NCBI GenBank assembly: GCA_036626005.1
Contig: JAZKSP010000001.1
Span: 1,344 to 65,343, forward strand
Direction: 5' to 3'
DNA length: 64,000 nucleotides
Source of the DNA: Thermoplasmatota archaeon
Lineage (GTDB): Archaea; Thermoplasmatota; Thermoplasmata; Halarchaeoplasmatales; Halarchaeoplasmataceae
The first letter of the stretch is position 1. Each line of letters opens with the position of its first letter. The position numbers and the translations under genes were made by a program. The notes beneath the pieces were generated by a model that worked only from the letters and a program-made list of their open reading frames with translations, made no database searches and had not been told where the DNA came from. Below are positions 1 through 9,864 of this stretch, piece by piece.

Positions 1-6
1 GGAGAT

Positions 7-1383
7 ATGCGATTAGAGGAAATAAATACTGAAGTTATCAACGTTAAGAACGGGACGGTCGAGGCCATAAAAAGCAGTGAGAGCGAAGGTTACGGCATAA
101 GAGTGATAGACGGTGGTTGGGGATTTGCTTCATCAGCCGACCTCTCTAAAAAGGGAGTTCAAAAAACGATAAAGCGTGCTAGAAAGATAGCTAAAGCCTC
201 TGCTAAAGCCTCTGAGCCGATAGAACTAAAAGATGTTGAAATTCACCAGGACAGTTATACCACGCCACATAAGAAAGATCCCTTCAAGGTCGGTCTAGAA
301 GAAAAATTAGATTACCTGATGGATGTCGATGAAAGGATGGATATAGATGATAAGATAAAAGTTAGAAAATGTAACTTTAACGCGTGGAAGACCAAGAAAT
401 TTTTTGCCAGTACTGAAGGAGCTAAGATCGAACAAAACCTCATCAAGACCGGAGGAGGACTGAACGTAAATGTTTCTGACGGCGAGGATACGCAGAAAAG
501 AAGTTATCCCAATTCTTTCGGCGGTGATTTCAATTCAAGAGGATACGAGTTCTTCGAGAACTTGGAGCTTTTGGAACATGCTGAAGAGACTGCTCAAGAA
601 GGTGTCGATCTTTTAGATGCGGAACAGTGCCCCGAAGGAGAGATGGATATAATATTGAATACTAACCAACTTGCCCTACAAATACACGAGAGCTGCGGTC
701 ATCCAACCGAGTTAGATAGAGCCCTTGGGACCGAGGCAAGCTATGCGGGAACCAGCTTCATGACACCAGACAAATTAGGCGATCTCAGGTATGGTTCAGA
801 TATAGTTAATCTAGTTTCGGACGCTACGGCTGAAGGCGGCCTTGGAACCTTTGGATATGACGACGAAGGTGTAAAAGCTAAAAAGATAGATCTGATAAAG
901 GACGGCATGTTCGTCGGATACCAGGCTTCCCGGGAAGGTGCCGCGAAGGTCGGAACAGAGGTGAGTGGTAGTATGAGAGCTGACGGATGGAAAAATCTAC
1001 CCCTAGTCAGGATGACCAATATCAACCTCGAGCCGGGCGACTGGTCTAAAAAAGAAATCGTTGAAGAAACCGATAAAGGGATCATCTTCGACGGTATAAA
1101 GAGCTGGAGCATAGACGATAAAAGACTTAACTTCCAGTTTGGAACAGAAGCAGGATACCTGGTAGAGGACGGTGAAGTTAAGGAACTCATAAAGAATCCA
1201 ACCTATACGGGGATAACCTATGAATTCTGGAGGAACTGTGACGCCATAGCTGGAGAAGACGAATGGAACCTGCACGGCGTCCCCAACTGTGGAAAAGGAG
1301 AGCCAGCCCAAACAATGCAGGTAGGTCACGGCTGTGCACCCTCTCGATTCAAAGATATCAGAGTGGGGGTGGGAAAATGGTAG
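7..1383 (+). CDS. tldD: TldD-family zinc metalloprotease
   Basis: 458-aa ORF with an HESCGHPTELDR (HExxxH-like) motif and overall TldD/PmbA-like sequence. A GGAG lies just upstream of the ATG at position 7. The stop overlaps the start of the next ORF. Confidence 0.75.
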   Translation: MRLEEINTEVINVKNGTVEAIKSSESEGYGIRVIDGGWGFASSADLSKKGVQKTIKRARKIAKASAKASEPIELKDVEIHQDSYTTPHKKDPFKVGLEEKLDYLMDVDERMDIDDKIKVRKCNFNAWKTKKFFASTEGAKIEQNLIKTGGGLNVNVSDGEDTQKRSYPNSFGGDFNSRGYEFFENLELLEHAEETAQEGVDLLDAEQCPEGEMDIILNTNQLALQIHESCGHPTELDRALGTEASYAGTSFMTPDKLGDLRYGSDIVNLVSDATAEGGLGTFGYDDEGVKAKKIDLIKDGMFVGYQASREGAAKVGTEVSGSMRADGWKNLPLVRMTNINLEPGDWSKKEIVEETDKGIIFDGIKSWSIDDKRLNFQFGTEAGYLVEDGEVKELIKNPTYTGITYEFWRNCDAIAGEDEWNLHGVPNCGKGEPAQTMQVGHGCAPSRFKDIRVGVGKW

Positions 1384-2747
1384 GCTCCGAAGAAAGATTT
1401 GGGAAGATATCAGATAAATTGATGAAGGAAACCGAGGCCGACGAAGTTGAGATCAGGATCATCGAGAGCGATACCGCACTGACCAGGTATGCAAATTCCC
1501 AGATACATCAGAACATCGCACAAGAAGACGTCGACATCTCGATAAGGGCCGTCTTCGGAAAGAAAACAGGTGCAGCTAGCACCAATTCCCTAGAAGAAAG
1601 TTCGGTCAAAGATTGTCTGTCTAAAGCCGAAACGATAGCTAAGAATCAAAAGAGCGATCCGGACTTTAAAGGACTTCCTGAACAAAAGGAAGTTAAGAAG
1701 TCCCAGCAGGAGGACTACGTAGAAGCCACCGTTGGATACACGCCCGATAAAAGAGCGGAGAAGGTAAAAGAGATAATAAAGATGGCTAAAAGCGAAGGTG
1801 TAGACAGAGTATATGGTGCCTTCCAGACAGAAGAACAAAATCTTTTCCTGGCCAATTCTAAGGGTGTGAAAAAATTCTCCAGGTTCACTTCTTCGAATCT
1901 AACCACTACGGCGATAGCAGATTGGGATAACGATCAAGGCTTCGGTTGGAGCGAAAGCTGTTCAGCCGATGTGAGAGATATAGACCACATGCAGGTCGGA
2001 AGAACAGCTGTAGACAAAGGTCTCAACAACATGGATACAGAGAAGATAGAACTGGGTGAATATGACGTTGTTCTTGAGCCCTTAGCTGTCAAGAGCATAC
2101 TGATGTACATGGATATGATGGGTTTCAGCGCCAAAAAGGTCCAGGAAGAAAGGAGCTTTATGAAAGGTAAATTCGGCGAGCAGATAATGGACGAACGCGT
2201 AAACATATACGATGACGTCTCCGATCCAGACATGATAGGTTATCCCTTCGACTATGAAGGAGTACCTAAACAGCGCGTCGACATCATCGAAAACGGCGTA
2301 GCGAATGAAGTGGTTTACGACTCATATACGGCCGGAAGAGAAGAGGGAAAGGAATCGACTGGACACGCTCTACCAATGCCTAACCCGATGAGTCCGATGG
2401 CGATGAACCTATTGATGGACACGGGCGATTACTCTCAAGAAGAGATGATCGGGGAGACCGATAAAGGTATATTGGTGACTAGGTTCAACTACTGTAGACC
2501 TGTTCATCCAGTGAAAGGCATCCTTACCGGACTGACGAGAGACGGGACCTGGCTTATAGAAAACGGAGAGGTCAAACATCCACTGAACAATCTGAGATTC
2601 ACTCAGAACCTCATCGAAGCTTTCAAAAACATAGAAGGAATCGGTGAGAAAAGGAAACTCTTCTCGATGGGGTTCTATCCAGGATACTTCGCCGCTCCGG
2701 CGTTGAAGATCTCGGATTTCAACTTTACTGGAACGACAGAGTTCTAA
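1377..2747 (+). CDS. PmbA/TldE-family protein (TldD partner; lacks HExxH)
   Basis: TldD/PmbA-like sequence with no HExxH motif. The tracked ORF at 1263 extends upstream in a different frame from tldD. The ATG at 1377 (MVGSEERF) overlaps the tldD stop as ATGgTAG, which is the typical translational coupling of a tldD-pmbA pair. Confidence 0.65.
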   Translation: MVGSEERFGKISDKLMKETEADEVEIRIIESDTALTRYANSQIHQNIAQEDVDISIRAVFGKKTGAASTNSLEESSVKDCLSKAETIAKNQKSDPDFKGLPEQKEVKKSQQEDYVEATVGYTPDKRAEKVKEIIKMAKSEGVDRVYGAFQTEEQNLFLANSKGVKKFSRFTSSNLTTTAIADWDNDQGFGWSESCSADVRDIDHMQVGRTAVDKGLNNMDTEKIELGEYDVVLEPLAVKSILMYMDMMGFSAKKVQEERSFMKGKFGEQIMDERVNIYDDVSDPDMIGYPFDYEGVPKQRVDIIENGVANEVVYDSYTAGREEGKESTGHALPMPNPMSPMAMNLLMDTGDYSQEEMIGETDKGILVTRFNYCRPVHPVKGILTGLTRDGTWLIENGEVKHPLNNLRFTQNLIEAFKNIEGIGEKRKLFSMGFYPGYFAAPALKISDFNFTGTTEF

Positions 2748-2837
2748 GAGGGTCTCTAAAAAACAATTAAACAACTTTTCTTTTTTCTTTATCCAAAAAT
2801 GATAAGAAAAAGAGAAATGGTTTTTTCTATTAGATCT

Positions 2838-3890
2838 CTAAGGCAGTCTCTTGACACCCTCACTGATCAGTTCTATCAGATTCCTAACGTCTTTCCAGTC
2901 CGCACATTCTACCGTAGAGTGAGAATACTTGACCGGTACACCTATAGAAAGTGTCAGGCAGCCTGATTCCTGTAGGGCCATCCCGTCGGTCGTACCGCCG
3001 GTTACGCCGTATTGATACGGTATTCCAGCTTCCTCAGCTACCTCCTTGAAATGGTCGACCATCTTCGGAGAAGAGATAGCTCTAGTATCGACCATCCTCA
3101 ACACCGGACCTTCGCCGAACTTTATCGGTTTGTAAAATTCTTCCACCCCGGGAGCGTCGGAAGTAGTGTAGGTATCTAATGCGATGACATACTCTGGATC
3201 TCTGGTGTTAGCGACGACTTTTGCGCCTCTCAAACCTATCTCTTCCTGAACGCTCCATATCGAGGAAAGGTCGACCTCTAATTCCCTATCCTTCAATTTT
3301 TTAAGGACCTCAAGAAGAGCAAAACTTCCTATCCTGTTGTCGAGGCCTCTACCTGAAACGACTTGACCTTCTAATCTCCTTAGTTTTTTGTCGAAGGTTA
3401 TTGGATCTGGAACGTCTATACCCATCTCTTTCACTTCTTCAGCGGAGTCTGCGCCGATGTCGACATGAGTTTTTGTCCACGGAGTCACCTCGTCCTTGTC
3501 GTCTTCTTCAGTAGTCAGATGTGGTGGTCGATGTCCGATAACCCCGTTCACAGGACCTTCTTCGGTGTGTATCTTGACGTGCCTACCGGTCAATAGAGGA
3601 TCTAGAACTCCACCGATCTTTTTTATCCGGAGATATCCATCATCTTCGATGTTAGAGACCACCATCCCGATCTCATCCATGTGAGCGACCAAAGCTACTT
3701 CTGGTCCTTCATCTTCCTTCTCATAGATGAGGTTACCTATGTTGTCTTCCTCTATACTATCAGTATCTTCGACTTCCACATAGTCTGCAATAAGCCCTCT
3801 GATCTTATCTCTAACCGGTCCTTCGTATCCCGCAACTCCGGGAGCCTTCAAAACTTGCTCAAATATATCTAATCCTTCCAGTTTTTCCAT
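2838..3890 (-). CDS. M42-family metallo-aminopeptidase (TET/FrvX-like)
   Basis: 350-aa ORF resembling TET/FrvX/CelM aminopeptidases, including conserved HMDEIG and metal-ligand D/E/H motifs. Confidence 0.75.
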   Translation of the reverse strand: MEKLEGLDIFEQVLKAPGVAGYEGPVRDKIRGLIADYVEVEDTDSIEEDNIGNLIYEKEDEGPEVALVAHMDEIGMVVSNIEDDGYLRIKKIGGVLDPLLTGRHVKIHTEEGPVNGVIGHRPPHLTTEEDDKDEVTPWTKTHVDIGADSAEEVKEMGIDVPDPITFDKKLRRLEGQVVSGRGLDNRIGSFALLEVLKKLKDRELEVDLSSIWSVQEEIGLRGAKVVANTRDPEYVIALDTYTTSDAPGVEEFYKPIKFGEGPVLRMVDTRAISSPKMVDHFKEVAEEAGIPYQYGVTGGTTDGMALQESGCLTLSIGVPVKYSHSTVECADWKDVRNLIELISEGVKRLP

Positions 3891-3919
3891 CTTTTCACCT
3901 CAAAAATATATTATAGTAA

Positions 3920-3947
3920 GAGGGGGACCCCTCTATTTCGAGTGGAA
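3920..3947. repeat. 28-bp element gagggggacccctctatttcgagtggaa; a perfect reverse-complement copy lies at 7139..7166
   Basis: Compared directly between the two loci. It contains an internal GAGGGG-ga-CCCCTC hairpin. It sits between the gcvT 3' end and the M42 peptidase start. Confidence 0.9.
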
Positions 3948-3964
3948 CACAGAACCGAGAGTAT

Positions 3965-5065
3965 CTAAACGAACGGAGGGTTCTTCACAACCGCATCTCT
4001 CTTCTCGTCCCTGATTTCCACCTTTATCTCGGTTCCCTCTTCCTGATAACCGGGTTCGATATAGGCAAGACCGATACCCTTTTTCAGGGTGGGAGAACGA
4101 GTACCGCTGGTTACTTCACCTATCTCTTCATCATCTGCAAATATCTTGTAGCCGTGCCTCGGGATTCCTTTATCTTCCATCTCGAAACCTTTCAGTAACT
4201 GATGATCTTCATCCTTCATTTCTTCGAGCTTTTCTTTTCCCACGAAATCATGGTCCCATTCGATGGCGTCTTCAGCCCAGCCAGTCTCTAGAGTAGTTCT
4301 AGATTCATCGAAATCTTGACCAGCTAAAAGGAAGCCGAACTCTATCCTCAAAGTATCTCTAGCACCGAGTCCGCATTTTGTTGGAGAATCTTCGAGATCT
4401 TGAAGCTGTTCCCAAAGTTCTACTGCAGCATCGTTTGGAAGAGCGATTTCGAAACCGTCTTCCCCGGTATATCCACTTCGTTGGACGATAGGTTTATCGG
4501 CGACAGGCCAGTCTTCATCGAATTTTTCCATTATATCATCGTTTATCTCGATCTGTTTAGATTGGAAAAAGTCTATCTCTGACAGGTCCGCATCGGTCAG
4601 TTCCTGCAGTGTTTCTTCCGCATCGGGGCCTTGGATCGCGAACATCGAAGTTTCTTCTGTAACGTCTGTTAGATACTCCTCTCCACCCTGTTTCGCGAAC
4701 CAATCATAGATCCTTTCATTGTTTCCCACGTTCGGAACTATGTAACAGGAATCCTCCGACAGTTTAGCTACGATAGTATCGTCAAGGATACCTCCCTCTT
4801 CGTTCAACATATGGGCGTATTTCAATTGACCAACTTCCGAATCCGTGATATCCATCGTACAATGTTTGCTAATGAACTCTATCGCTCCGTCGCCCTCGAG
4901 ATATATTTGGCCCATGTGTGACACGTCGAAGATACCGACTTCTTCTCGCACCGACTTATGCTCTTTGTTTATACTAGAGAACTTCAGAGGCATCTCATAG
5001 CCTCCAAAATTGGTCATCCTTGCATCGGCTTCTACGTGATTTTCATGAAGGGCAGTTTCTTTCAT
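3965..5065 (-). CDS. gcvT: Glycine cleavage system T protein (aminomethyltransferase)
   Basis: 366-aa ORF with the GcvT N-terminal signature ...YEMPLKFSSINKEHKSVREEVGIFDVSHMGQI... and a C-terminal folate-binding region. Confidence 0.85.
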   Translation of the reverse strand: MKETALHENHVEADARMTNFGGYEMPLKFSSINKEHKSVREEVGIFDVSHMGQIYLEGDGAIEFISKHCTMDITDSEVGQLKYAHMLNEEGGILDDTIVAKLSEDSCYIVPNVGNNERIYDWFAKQGGEEYLTDVTEETSMFAIQGPDAEETLQELTDADLSEIDFFQSKQIEINDDIMEKFDEDWPVADKPIVQRSGYTGEDGFEIALPNDAAVELWEQLQDLEDSPTKCGLGARDTLRIEFGFLLAGQDFDESRTTLETGWAEDAIEWDHDFVGKEKLEEMKDEDHQLLKGFEMEDKGIPRHGYKIFADDEEIGEVTSGTRSPTLKKGIGLAYIEPGYQEEGTEIKVEIRDEKRDAVVKNPPFV

Positions 5066-5259
5066 ATTTCCTGTATCTATTCACTCCTTAAAAGTTTTTA
5101 TCTTCATGCAAACTCTTCGAAATAAGATTATTATTAAACATGTATGATATGAATGAAAAAGATTTAAATAGTTAAATTGTTAGAATTTATAAGAATTAGA
5201 AGTTCGTTTACAAAAAGTTTTTACTTGATATATGTTATAACATATGAGACGGGGAGAAA

Positions 5260-6645
5260 ATGAAAGAATATGATTTGATTTCAATAGGAACCGGCTCAGC
5301 TATGAGCATTGTAACTCAGGCTTTAAACGAAGACCCAAATTTGGATATTGCTGTGATCGAAAACGAGAAACCTGGTGGTATATGCCTCACTAGAGGATGT
5401 ATTCCATCCAAATTACTTCTTTACCCCGCAGAAGTCGTCAATAGTATTAAGGAGGCAGATAGATTCGGTGTCGATGTAGATATCAACTCTATCGATTTTC
5501 AGCAAATAATGGAGAGAATGAGAGACCATGTTAATACACAAAGTGAAAGTATAGGTACTAATTTGAGAAACAGTACAGATCTTGACTTTTACGAAGATGA
5601 TGCTCAATTCGTAGACGATTATACCCTTAAAGTCGGGAATAAAAAAATCAAGGGGAAAAAAATAATACTAGGGACTGGATCACGACCCTCAATACCTCCT
5701 ATAGATAATCTTGAAGAAACTGGTTACTTAACTAGTAAAACATTTTTAGATATCAAGGAGCTTCCTGAAAGTATAGTGATCATAGGTGGAGGGTACATCG
5801 CTGCAGAGTATGGATACTTTCTAGCAATGATGGGATCCGATGTCACCATAATAGGTAGGAATACACAGTTCGTACCATCTGAAGAGCAGGAGATATCTGA
5901 AGTGTTGGAAAAGAAACTTTCTAGATACATGGATATCTATACAGGTTATGAAGTGAAAAAGACAAAGGAAAAGTCTGGTAACAAGTGGGTCCTCGCTAAA
6001 TCGGATAAAGATAAGATAGAAGTTAAAGGAGAAGAATTACTGATCGCGACAGGTAGACGATCAAACTCAGATATATTGAAACCGGAAAAAAGCGGGATCA
6101 AAACAGATGATAAAGGTTGGATAGAAGTCGATCAACATCTAAAAACATCTAAGGAAAATATATGGGCCTTAGGAGATGCGACGGGAGAACACATGTTCAA
6201 ACATGTTGCAAATTACGAAGCAAAAATAGTATATGAAAACGCGATCGAAGGAAGAGAGAGTACAGTGGATTATCATGCTGTGCCACATGCCGTATTCACC
6301 TATCCACAGGTGGCTTCAGTTGGGATGAAAGAAAAAGAGGCATCCAAGAAACACGATATACTGATAGGTTACTATCCTTTCGAAGACACGGCTAAAGGTT
6401 CTGCCATGGAGATAGAAGATTATCTCGTTAAAGTGATTGTAGATAGTGAAGATTACAGGATACTCGGAGCTCATATAGTAGGTCCCGAGGCTTCTGTCCT
6501 TCTGCAGGAGATAATAAACTTGATGTACACTAAAAACCAGACATTTTTACCGATATATAACGGGATGCACATACATCCTTCCTTGTCCGAAGTTGTTGAA
6601 AGAGCGTTCTCGAATCTTCACTCTCACGAACACGAACACCATTGA
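5260..6645 (+). CDS. lpdA: Dihydrolipoyl dehydrogenase (class I pyridine nucleotide-disulfide oxidoreductase)
   Basis: GxGxxG FAD site. Redox-active disulfide GGICLTRGCIPSK. C-terminal dimerisation domain with HPSLSE (His-Glu dyad). Divergently adjacent to gcvT. Confidence 0.75.
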   Translation: MKEYDLISIGTGSAMSIVTQALNEDPNLDIAVIENEKPGGICLTRGCIPSKLLLYPAEVVNSIKEADRFGVDVDINSIDFQQIMERMRDHVNTQSESIGTNLRNSTDLDFYEDDAQFVDDYTLKVGNKKIKGKKIILGTGSRPSIPPIDNLEETGYLTSKTFLDIKELPESIVIIGGGYIAAEYGYFLAMMGSDVTIIGRNTQFVPSEEQEISEVLEKKLSRYMDIYTGYEVKKTKEKSGNKWVLAKSDKDKIEVKGEELLIATGRRSNSDILKPEKSGIKTDDKGWIEVDQHLKTSKENIWALGDATGEHMFKHVANYEAKIVYENAIEGRESTVDYHAVPHAVFTYPQVASVGMKEKEASKKHDILIGYYPFEDTAKGSAMEIEDYLVKVIVDSEDYRILGAHIVGPEASVLLQEIINLMYTKNQTFLPIYNGMHIHPSLSEVVERAFSNLHSHEHEHH

Positions 6646-6700
6646 TTTTATTTCCTTTAAAAGAAAAGATTTAAGTATGTTTCATTAAATCACTCAAGCG

Positions 6701-7084
6701 ATGTCCTGGAAAACATCGTACCGTCAAAACGAATTCGTGATCTCGATAATCGCTATAATGGTAGGAACTGTTATGCTGTTGATCGGTTTATTTGGTACTC
6801 TTCTCAGCGATTATTCACCAGAAGGTTTCACGGTCATGACCAATGCCATTGGAAACTGGAAATGGTGGTTATTGGTAGTAGGGATAATCCTGATTTTCAT
6901 TTTTGCGATAATGATATATCTTCGGATAAAAAGATTGAGGGAATTCAAAGATCTTTTTGAGACGGAGAGTAAGAGTAAATTCAGGAAAAATGTAGTTGAG
7001 ATCGAAGAGCTGGCTATAAAGCTAGGTCCTGAATTCGAAGATAAAGTGGTCGAGAAAGAAGAGGAATTCAATCTTAAAAGATAA
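6701..7084 (+). CDS. Hypothetical small membrane protein (2 TM helices plus charged C-terminal helix)
   Basis: Two hydrophobic stretches followed by a K/E-rich tail. No recognisable family. Confidence 0.35.
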   Translation: MSWKTSYRQNEFVISIIAIMVGTVMLLIGLFGTLLSDYSPEGFTVMTNAIGNWKWWLLVVGIILIFIFAIMIYLRIKRLREFKDLFETESKSKFRKNVVEIEELAIKLGPEFEDKVVEKEEEFNLKR

Positions 7085-7138
7085 TCTATACCGGCTTTTA
7101 TCATCTAGTTAATACCCTCTACTCTCTCTATTCCTCAT

Positions 7139-7166
7139 TTCCACTCGAAATAGAGGGGTCCCCCTC
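7139..7166. repeat. Inverted copy of the 28-bp element at 3920..3947, ending 12 nt upstream of tRNA-Gly
   Basis: ttccactcgaaatagaggggtccccctc is the exact reverse complement of 3920..3947. Confidence 0.9.
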
Positions 7167-7177
7167 CTTGGCGATAT

Positions 7178-7251
7178 GCGGTTGTGGTCTAGACTGGTTA
7201 GGACCCAAGCTTCCCAAGCTTGTAGCCCGGGTTCAAATCCCGGCAGCCGCA
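7178..7251 (+). tRNA. tRNA-Gly (anticodon CCC)
   Basis: Cloverleaf folded by hand. Acceptor GCGGTTG/CAGCCGC with discriminator A. D-stem GTCT/GGAC. Anticodon stem CAAGC/GCTTG around loop TTCCCAA. T-arm CCGGG-TTCAAAT-CCCGG. CCA is not encoded. Confidence 0.85.
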
Positions 7252-7262
7252 TATTTCATTTT

Positions 7263-8447
7263 TCAGTTTTCAGTTTTCCTTTCAATATCTGAAATCGCTA
7301 CTTGGGCCTTCTCATTCTTTGGATTCAACTCAAGTGCCTTGTTCATCTCTTTGAGGGCCTTATCATATCTTTCTAATTCGGTAAGGTATGCTCCTTTCAC
7401 GTAATGATATTCTGATTTGTCAGGAAAGAGATCTACTAATTCATTCGATACTTCTAAAGCTCTATCTATTTCGTCCATATTTTCAAAGATCAAAGCTTTG
7501 TTCAACAATGCCTCTTCGAATTTAGGATCTATCGAAAGAGCTTTGTCTATCGATTCTAGACTTTCCTCAAATTCCCCATTCCGCAGATGGCAGAGGGCCT
7601 TATTATTCCATACTTCTTTTTCTTCCGGGTCTAATTCCAATACATCTTCAAAACAAAGGATCGCTTCATCGTATCTTTCCATCTCGTATAGAATCCGACC
7701 TTTCTTTTTCAGAGCATCTAGATTATCTTCTCCTAGATCTATCGCTTTATTATATGCTCCGAGCGCCTCTTCCTCCCTATCAGCTGTCTCATAAGCTTTA
7801 CCCAAGACTGTCCAAATCTCTATACTTTCGGGTTTGATCTCTACAGAGTTTTCTAGTGCCTTTATGGCCTCGTTAGTTCTTCCTTGTTCTAGAAAGACTT
7901 CACCCTTTTTCATTAGGCAATGGGCTTCATTTTCTCCTTTCTCTATCGCTTCCTCGTAAATTTGTTTAGCCATTTCGTAATTTTCATTTGAAAAGTGCGC
8001 GTTTCCTTTCTTAATAAGATCGCTCTTTTTTTGGCTCTTAGAACTCTCTATTTTCTCCTTGAACTCAGCTAGATCAGACAACATGTCGAATTTTTCAAGA
8101 AGTTGATAAAGTTTTGTTCCATCTACCACTTCAATCTTGTCATCCATCTCAGAGTCGCCTTCGATTTTTTCTGTCGTGAACAGCAGGCCTTCGGTGGATG
8201 GTGAGAGGAAACTTTTCAAACTATCGATTTCTGAAATTATATCTTCACTTGAACGGGTGAATTTTATTATAAAATCTTGCACCTCGTTTTCCCTTTCTAT
8301 GGTACCTTCAGCTAATATGTGACCGCTAGCGGATTTAATATTTGATATCTTAAATCCTATACTCTCTACCACCTTTAGACAGAGTCGTTCAAAATCATCT
8401 CTATTTATTTTTTGAACACTTTCTAGAACTTCGTTTTTATCGTCCAC
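7263..8447 (-). CDS. TPR-repeat protein with N-terminal degenerate Mrr-like (restriction-endonuclease-fold) domain
   Basis: The C-terminal ~250 aa are tandem TPR/34-aa repeats (EAIK.LE...P....W...G.AY motifs). The N-terminal ~100 aa resemble the Mrr catalytic core, but the D...(D/E)xK residues are replaced (SGHILAEG, IIKFTR). Confidence 0.55.
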   Translation of the reverse strand: MDDKNEVLESVQKINRDDFERLCLKVVESIGFKISNIKSASGHILAEGTIERENEVQDFIIKFTRSSEDIISEIDSLKSFLSPSTEGLLFTTEKIEGDSEMDDKIEVVDGTKLYQLLEKFDMLSDLAEFKEKIESSKSQKKSDLIKKGNAHFSNENYEMAKQIYEEAIEKGENEAHCLMKKGEVFLEQGRTNEAIKALENSVEIKPESIEIWTVLGKAYETADREEEALGAYNKAIDLGEDNLDALKKKGRILYEMERYDEAILCFEDVLELDPEEKEVWNNKALCHLRNGEFEESLESIDKALSIDPKFEEALLNKALIFENMDEIDRALEVSNELVDLFPDKSEYHYVKGAYLTELERYDKALKEMNKALELNPKNEKAQVAISDIERKTEN

Positions 8448-8499
8448 TCTGTCACCTAGTCATTACTCATTATAAAGACTCATCTATAAATATATTGCG

Positions 8500-9411
8500 T
8501 TAAACTAATTTTCTATAACGCTCTTGAACCTCTTCCCATCCGACTAGATTATCTTGTGGTCCAGAGCATTCTACAGAAAAAGAAGCTCTAGCAGAGCCTA
8601 GCTTGGAACATTCTATCAAGGACATATCTCTGTACAAACCGGCATAGAAACCCGCTCTAAATGCATCCCCAGCCCCTGTAGGTTCTACAACGTCTATCGG
8701 TTCATAGGCGGGTATATCTACTTTTTCGTTCGGGAGGTATATCGAACAGCCTTGTGACCCTTTTGTTACAAGAACCATGTCTATATATTTCAAAAAGCTT
8801 TCTGCTCCGTCTTCATTCAAGTAATCGAGTGCAACATTCAATTCTTTCTCATTACAGAAAAAATAATCACTTTTTTGTAAGAAATTTTCAAAATTTTCAG
8901 CATCATAAACATATTCTAGTTCCTGAGCAGGATCAAAAGCGATGGTTTTCTGGTCTAGATCAGTGGTTTCAAAGATTTTTTCATAATAACCAGGTCGTCC
9001 AGTTCCTATATGCAATATCTCACATTCCTCTACCGTCCTGGTCTTGAGTTCAAAACTATCCGCGTGCTCCATGACTCCTTGATCTATTATTGTTATTTGA
9101 TCTCCCATTGAATCATTAACTATCCAACAAGTAGGGCTTTTATATCCTTCTTTCATTTTCAGATCATAAGTGCTGACACCCGATTCCTTTAAAGCGTTGA
9201 GATAGTCCTCGGGAAAATCATTTCCTACAAAAGAAGCTAACGATACATCAACATCCATCTCTGCTGCGGCTCTTGCGATATTTGCAGCAGTACCACCATA
9301 TCTTACAACTCTGCTCTCTACCGCGATAGAAGAGTCTTTTTCTGGGAGATTTGGTACCTGTAGTATTACGTCTAGCGCCGTATGTCCAAACACACCTAAA
9401 TACGAATCCAT
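8500..9411 (-). CDS. PfkB-family carbohydrate/nucleoside kinase (ribokinase-like)
   Basis: N-terminal GG dipeptide region (GGTAANIA) and C-terminal PfkB signature EPTGAGDAFRAGF. Confidence 0.75.
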   Translation of the reverse strand: MDSYLGVFGHTALDVILQVPNLPEKDSSIAVESRVVRYGGTAANIARAAAEMDVDVSLASFVGNDFPEDYLNALKESGVSTYDLKMKEGYKSPTCWIVNDSMGDQITIIDQGVMEHADSFELKTRTVEECEILHIGTGRPGYYEKIFETTDLDQKTIAFDPAQELEYVYDAENFENFLQKSDYFFCNEKELNVALDYLNEDGAESFLKYIDMVLVTKGSQGCSIYLPNEKVDIPAYEPIDVVEPTGAGDAFRAGFYAGLYRDMSLIECSKLGSARASFSVECSGPQDNLVGWEEVQERYRKLV

Positions 9412-9469
9412 GGAAACCTAAATACAATAGAAGAGTAAAAAGGTTTTGAAATCCGTGAAAATTCTTTTC

Positions 9470-9772
9470 TTATTCTAACTCTATCTCGTCAACGGTGACT
9501 TCCTCTACTTCAGGAGCCTCTTCATCATCTTCACTCTCTTCGATTTCCTTGTCCACACTAGCATCTGTATCGGTCACTTCACCGAAGGCGAGGGTTCGAA
9601 GTACCCTAGTTATTTTAATCTCGACTTCGTCTCCAACGTCAGTGTCCGGAACGAAGATTACAAAATCATCTATCTTCGCAACTCCGTCTCCTTCCTTACC
9701 AATATCTTCTATCTTGACTTCGTACGTTTCCCCTTCTTCAACAGGGGGAGAAACTCCAACATCTTCGCTCAT
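9470..9772 (-). CDS. TRAM-domain protein (small acidic nucleic-acid-binding)
   Basis: YEVKIEDIGKEGDGVAKIDDFVIFVPDTDVGDEVEIKITRV matches a TRAM OB-fold. The C-terminus is an acidic tail. Confidence 0.7.
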   Translation of the reverse strand: MSEDVGVSPPVEEGETYEVKIEDIGKEGDGVAKIDDFVIFVPDTDVGDEVEIKITRVLRTLAFGEVTDTDASVDKEIEESEDDEEAPEVEEVTVDEIELE

Positions 9773-9864
9773 TTACTTACACCTCATTTATTTTACACTT
9801 CTTATTGAAGTGTAGATATTTCAACAAACTTGGGATATATATCTTTTGCCCCTTCCAACTGTTA

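Noticed and set aside
1263-1376. N-terminal 38 codons of the tracked ORF 1263..2747
   Set aside because: This stretch overlaps the 3' end of tldD out of frame. The ATG at 1377 overlapping the tldD stop (ATGgTAG) is the far more likely start.
7168-7404. 78-aa ORF (MAICGCGLDW...) in the ORF track
   Set aside because: It is read straight through the tRNA-Gly gene and the 3' end of the TPR gene on the other strand. It is an artefact of the tRNA sequence, not a CDS.
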